64,000 nucleotides of DNA. Source: Raillietiella orientalis. Lineage: Eukaryota. Each line of letters begins with the position of its first letter. The stretch's first letter is position 1. Below, piece after piece: positions 61,468 through 64,000 of this stretch. A program made the translations under genes and the position numbers. The notes under the pieces are model-generated. The model saw nothing but the letters and a program-made list of their open reading frames with translations. It had not been told where the DNA came from and did no database searches. The DNA is taken from contig JAYWIR010000030.1 in the NCBI GenBank assembly GCA_036172245.1, positions 1,116,001-1,180,000 of the forward strand, in the 5' to 3' direction.

Positions 61468-64000
61468 GTAGGATCTCTTCCTAGGAGTGAGCTCCCCACG
61501 CACCCATACGTGTGCGTCTCCTCTCTGGGGGCGTGCATGATTGTGGAGCACGAGTGCTCCTTCCGGAAAAAAAAAAAAAATCTTGATGATGATGGCTCCT
61601 ACTCTCACAATCAACGCCTTCCGTGTCAGGCATTTTCTCCTGAGAAACGCATCAAGGCGATAGAAATGGAACGAGAGAAAAAAATGAAGCAGATGCAAAC
61701 TCTTCGATGAAGGATGGACGGAGTGCGTAAACTGGACCCGCTCTCCTCACCAGTGATTGAAGGGAAATCCTCTTCATGAAACTAAACCAGACATCGCAGG
61801 ACCATTAGGAGATTGCCCACGTAATGGACTCGTCAGCATCCTCGACTAAAGGAGATGAGGAGGCAAAGCGCTGTCCTGGCGCGTCATGGATGGTGAATCG
61901 CAGCCCACTTAAGAGGCTGTCATGTATGTCATGTTGGTTGTTCATTTGGGCCTCTATCAGAGGAAAATGAAACCCCAACGCTCAAGTGCGCGGGAAAGTG
62001 CGTGTGGGCAGCACACTTCCTTTCTCATCTCCTCCCAGTGCCTTCCTCTTCTTCCTTCTCATTGGGGTGCTCCACCAGAGAACTCTTCAGGACCGCTTCG
62101 GTCTTCCTGATCTTCCTAATGTCTTTCCCGGAGGTCTTCATTCCAGTTCCACGGCACTGCGACACCCTGCTGTCCGGACCTTCCCGGAAGGCTCACAGAA
62201 GAGGGGCTGCTTCTCCGTGAGCGGAGGAGGAAGCACAAACCCCTGCATGAGCATGCCCATATCTCACCACACATCCCGTGTGCAAGCACACGCGAAGCAC
62301 GCGCACACTTCGGAAGTTCGCCACGCTTAGGACTTCACGAAAAGGGCTGTTTCTCCGGGCGTTCCCTCGTGGGCAAGAAGCCGCAGGATTTCTACAGAGT
62401 CACGTCGCTAGAGCGCGTGACGAGTAAGCAGGTGGTGCAATGGACTTTCGGTTCCACCGCACTATCCGCTCTTCATGACTCCTCTCCTCCATTTCGGAGT
62501 AGTTGGATTCGGGAGCCAGATGGAATGGGAAATGTTTCCAGACGTCTGCTCTGGGCTGAGGCATCTTCGCATCTACTCAGAGACACCGCCGGCGCAGCTG
62601 GAGCACTCTGTGAGAGAGCTTTTCGAGCCTGTTCGCGCGCTGTCATGCTGAAAGAAAGCAGCCAAAGAGCGCTTGGCGAGGATTCGCCGCCGCCATAGTC
62701 TGAAGCCAAGGAAGCGACAGACGCTGTCGTCGGCGCTCGATCGCTTTCGCGTTCACTTTTGCTGAGTACAGTTTGGGGCCTCGCCCTTCCCGGTGGCGCC
62801 AAACTCGACGTTCACCACCAGCAGCGGCATCAATTCCAAGCCTTCCGTGTGCTCGGCATCGTCCGGCGGGGAGTCCCTCTCGAACTGGGAAGGCGCGCAG
62901 AGGGGGCGTGGCTCGGAGATGGGGTCGGAGGAGAGGGGTGCTGCCGCTCCACACCTCTGTTCAAGCGCCCAGCTCTTCTTCCGCTCCCTCCGACTGGTCT
63001 GAGAGAAACGCCTTTCCATGGTACCTGCGATTCCCTGCATTCCCTACGTCCACCCGACAGTGGGCGTCGTTCTTTCCCTCTCCTGGTGATCTCGCCACCC
63101 CCTCGTCTCTGAGCACGTGCCACCTGTCCTGTCTTTTGGAAGAATGAAGAAGTGGACACTGCTAGGCGACGACGATAGCCTCGCTGTAGTCCAGTCGCTA
63201 CAAGTCCTTTTTTTCCCTTTTTTTGCAGCGGTATTGACCTAACAGCGAGTTCCGGCATCCGGCTTCATCCACCGCCTTAGGGACATCACGGAGACGCTCC
63301 AGCTCCCCTTTTGCTTTCTTCCTCCTTCGGTCTCAGCGAAGTGCGGTCGGTCCTCATCTTGCAGAAGATGAAGCAGGAGGTGGCTTCGGCCCAATCGCAC
63401 AGGAGTGGAAAAGGAGGAGGAGGAGGGAGGGGAGGGAAAAGCAATTTCCCCTTCCCCCTTTTTAAATAACGCAGTCGAGCACTTCCGGACGCTGACCAGC
63501 GTCACATCCAGCGAGGCGTAAAGGCCTAGCGGCAGCATCGACGATCGGAAGTGCAGCTGAGGGTAGGCAGCGCAGGATCGAGAAGCTTCGTAAAGGCGGT
63601 CCTCTCGTTGCAGATCGGACTGCCTTTGGAAACTCCTCCGCGTTCCGTTCGACAAGGTCGATCTGCCGCGCAAGGAAGACGAAGAAGAGGAAAAGTAAAC
63701 TTTCCACTTCTTCACTGGAGCATCCGGCAGGCTGCGCTGGCCATGCGTCGCTCTCGGTCAATCAGAGGTCGAGAAGGTGCTTGCGCGAAGCTTCCAGCAC
63801 GCGCGTGGAACTTCTCCCTTCGCCCCCTCGTCTTCTAGTCTCCCCTCTCCGAAGTGGGTGCACTATCTCGGAGCCCGTGGAAGACGTGGAGGGAAGGGGA
63901 AAAGGGGGGTTGAGAGGGATCGCGAACAGCCATAGAAGCCTTCGAAACGCTTCAGAGCGTTGTCCAGTAAGCACGTCAAGGAGATGTGAGACGGACGCAG

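Noticed and set aside
1..64000. Prokaryotic-type systems (CRISPR arrays, operons, phage genes) or bacterial contamination in the GC-rich part
   Set aside because: No regularly spaced repeats or dense intact ORFs; spliceosomal genes, microsatellites and LINE remnants occur throughout.

Overview
Eukaryotic genomic DNA from an invertebrate, most likely an arthropod (inferred from the two-PHD toutatis-type BAZ2B and the very short introns); no rRNA genes, intact tRNA genes or CRISPR arrays were seen. Positions 1-20 kb are AT-rich, CpG-poor and gene-dense. They hold the 3' part of BAZ2B/toutatis (+), a three-exon HRG-1/SLC48A1 heme transporter missed by the ORF track (-, tail-to-tail with BAZ2B), an apparently decayed coding tract (-), ubiquitin-RPS27a with a divergent ubiquitin (+) and HIBADH (+, with one GC-AG intron). 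Most introns here are 37-60 nt. About 31-50 kb is GC/CpG-rich and repeat-dense. It holds a frame-consistent three-exon model for a very divergent GT11 alpha-1,2-fucosyltransferase-like gene whose first coding exon lies between two ~225-bp inverted repeats. It also holds three 5'-truncated L1/Tx1-like LINE copies sharing a covarying 3'-UTR structure, a candidate long tRNA-headed SINE family, and inverted duplications at several scales. Most of 20-31 kb and 50-64 kb could not be assigned. All homologies are by-eye motif recognition, not database searches.
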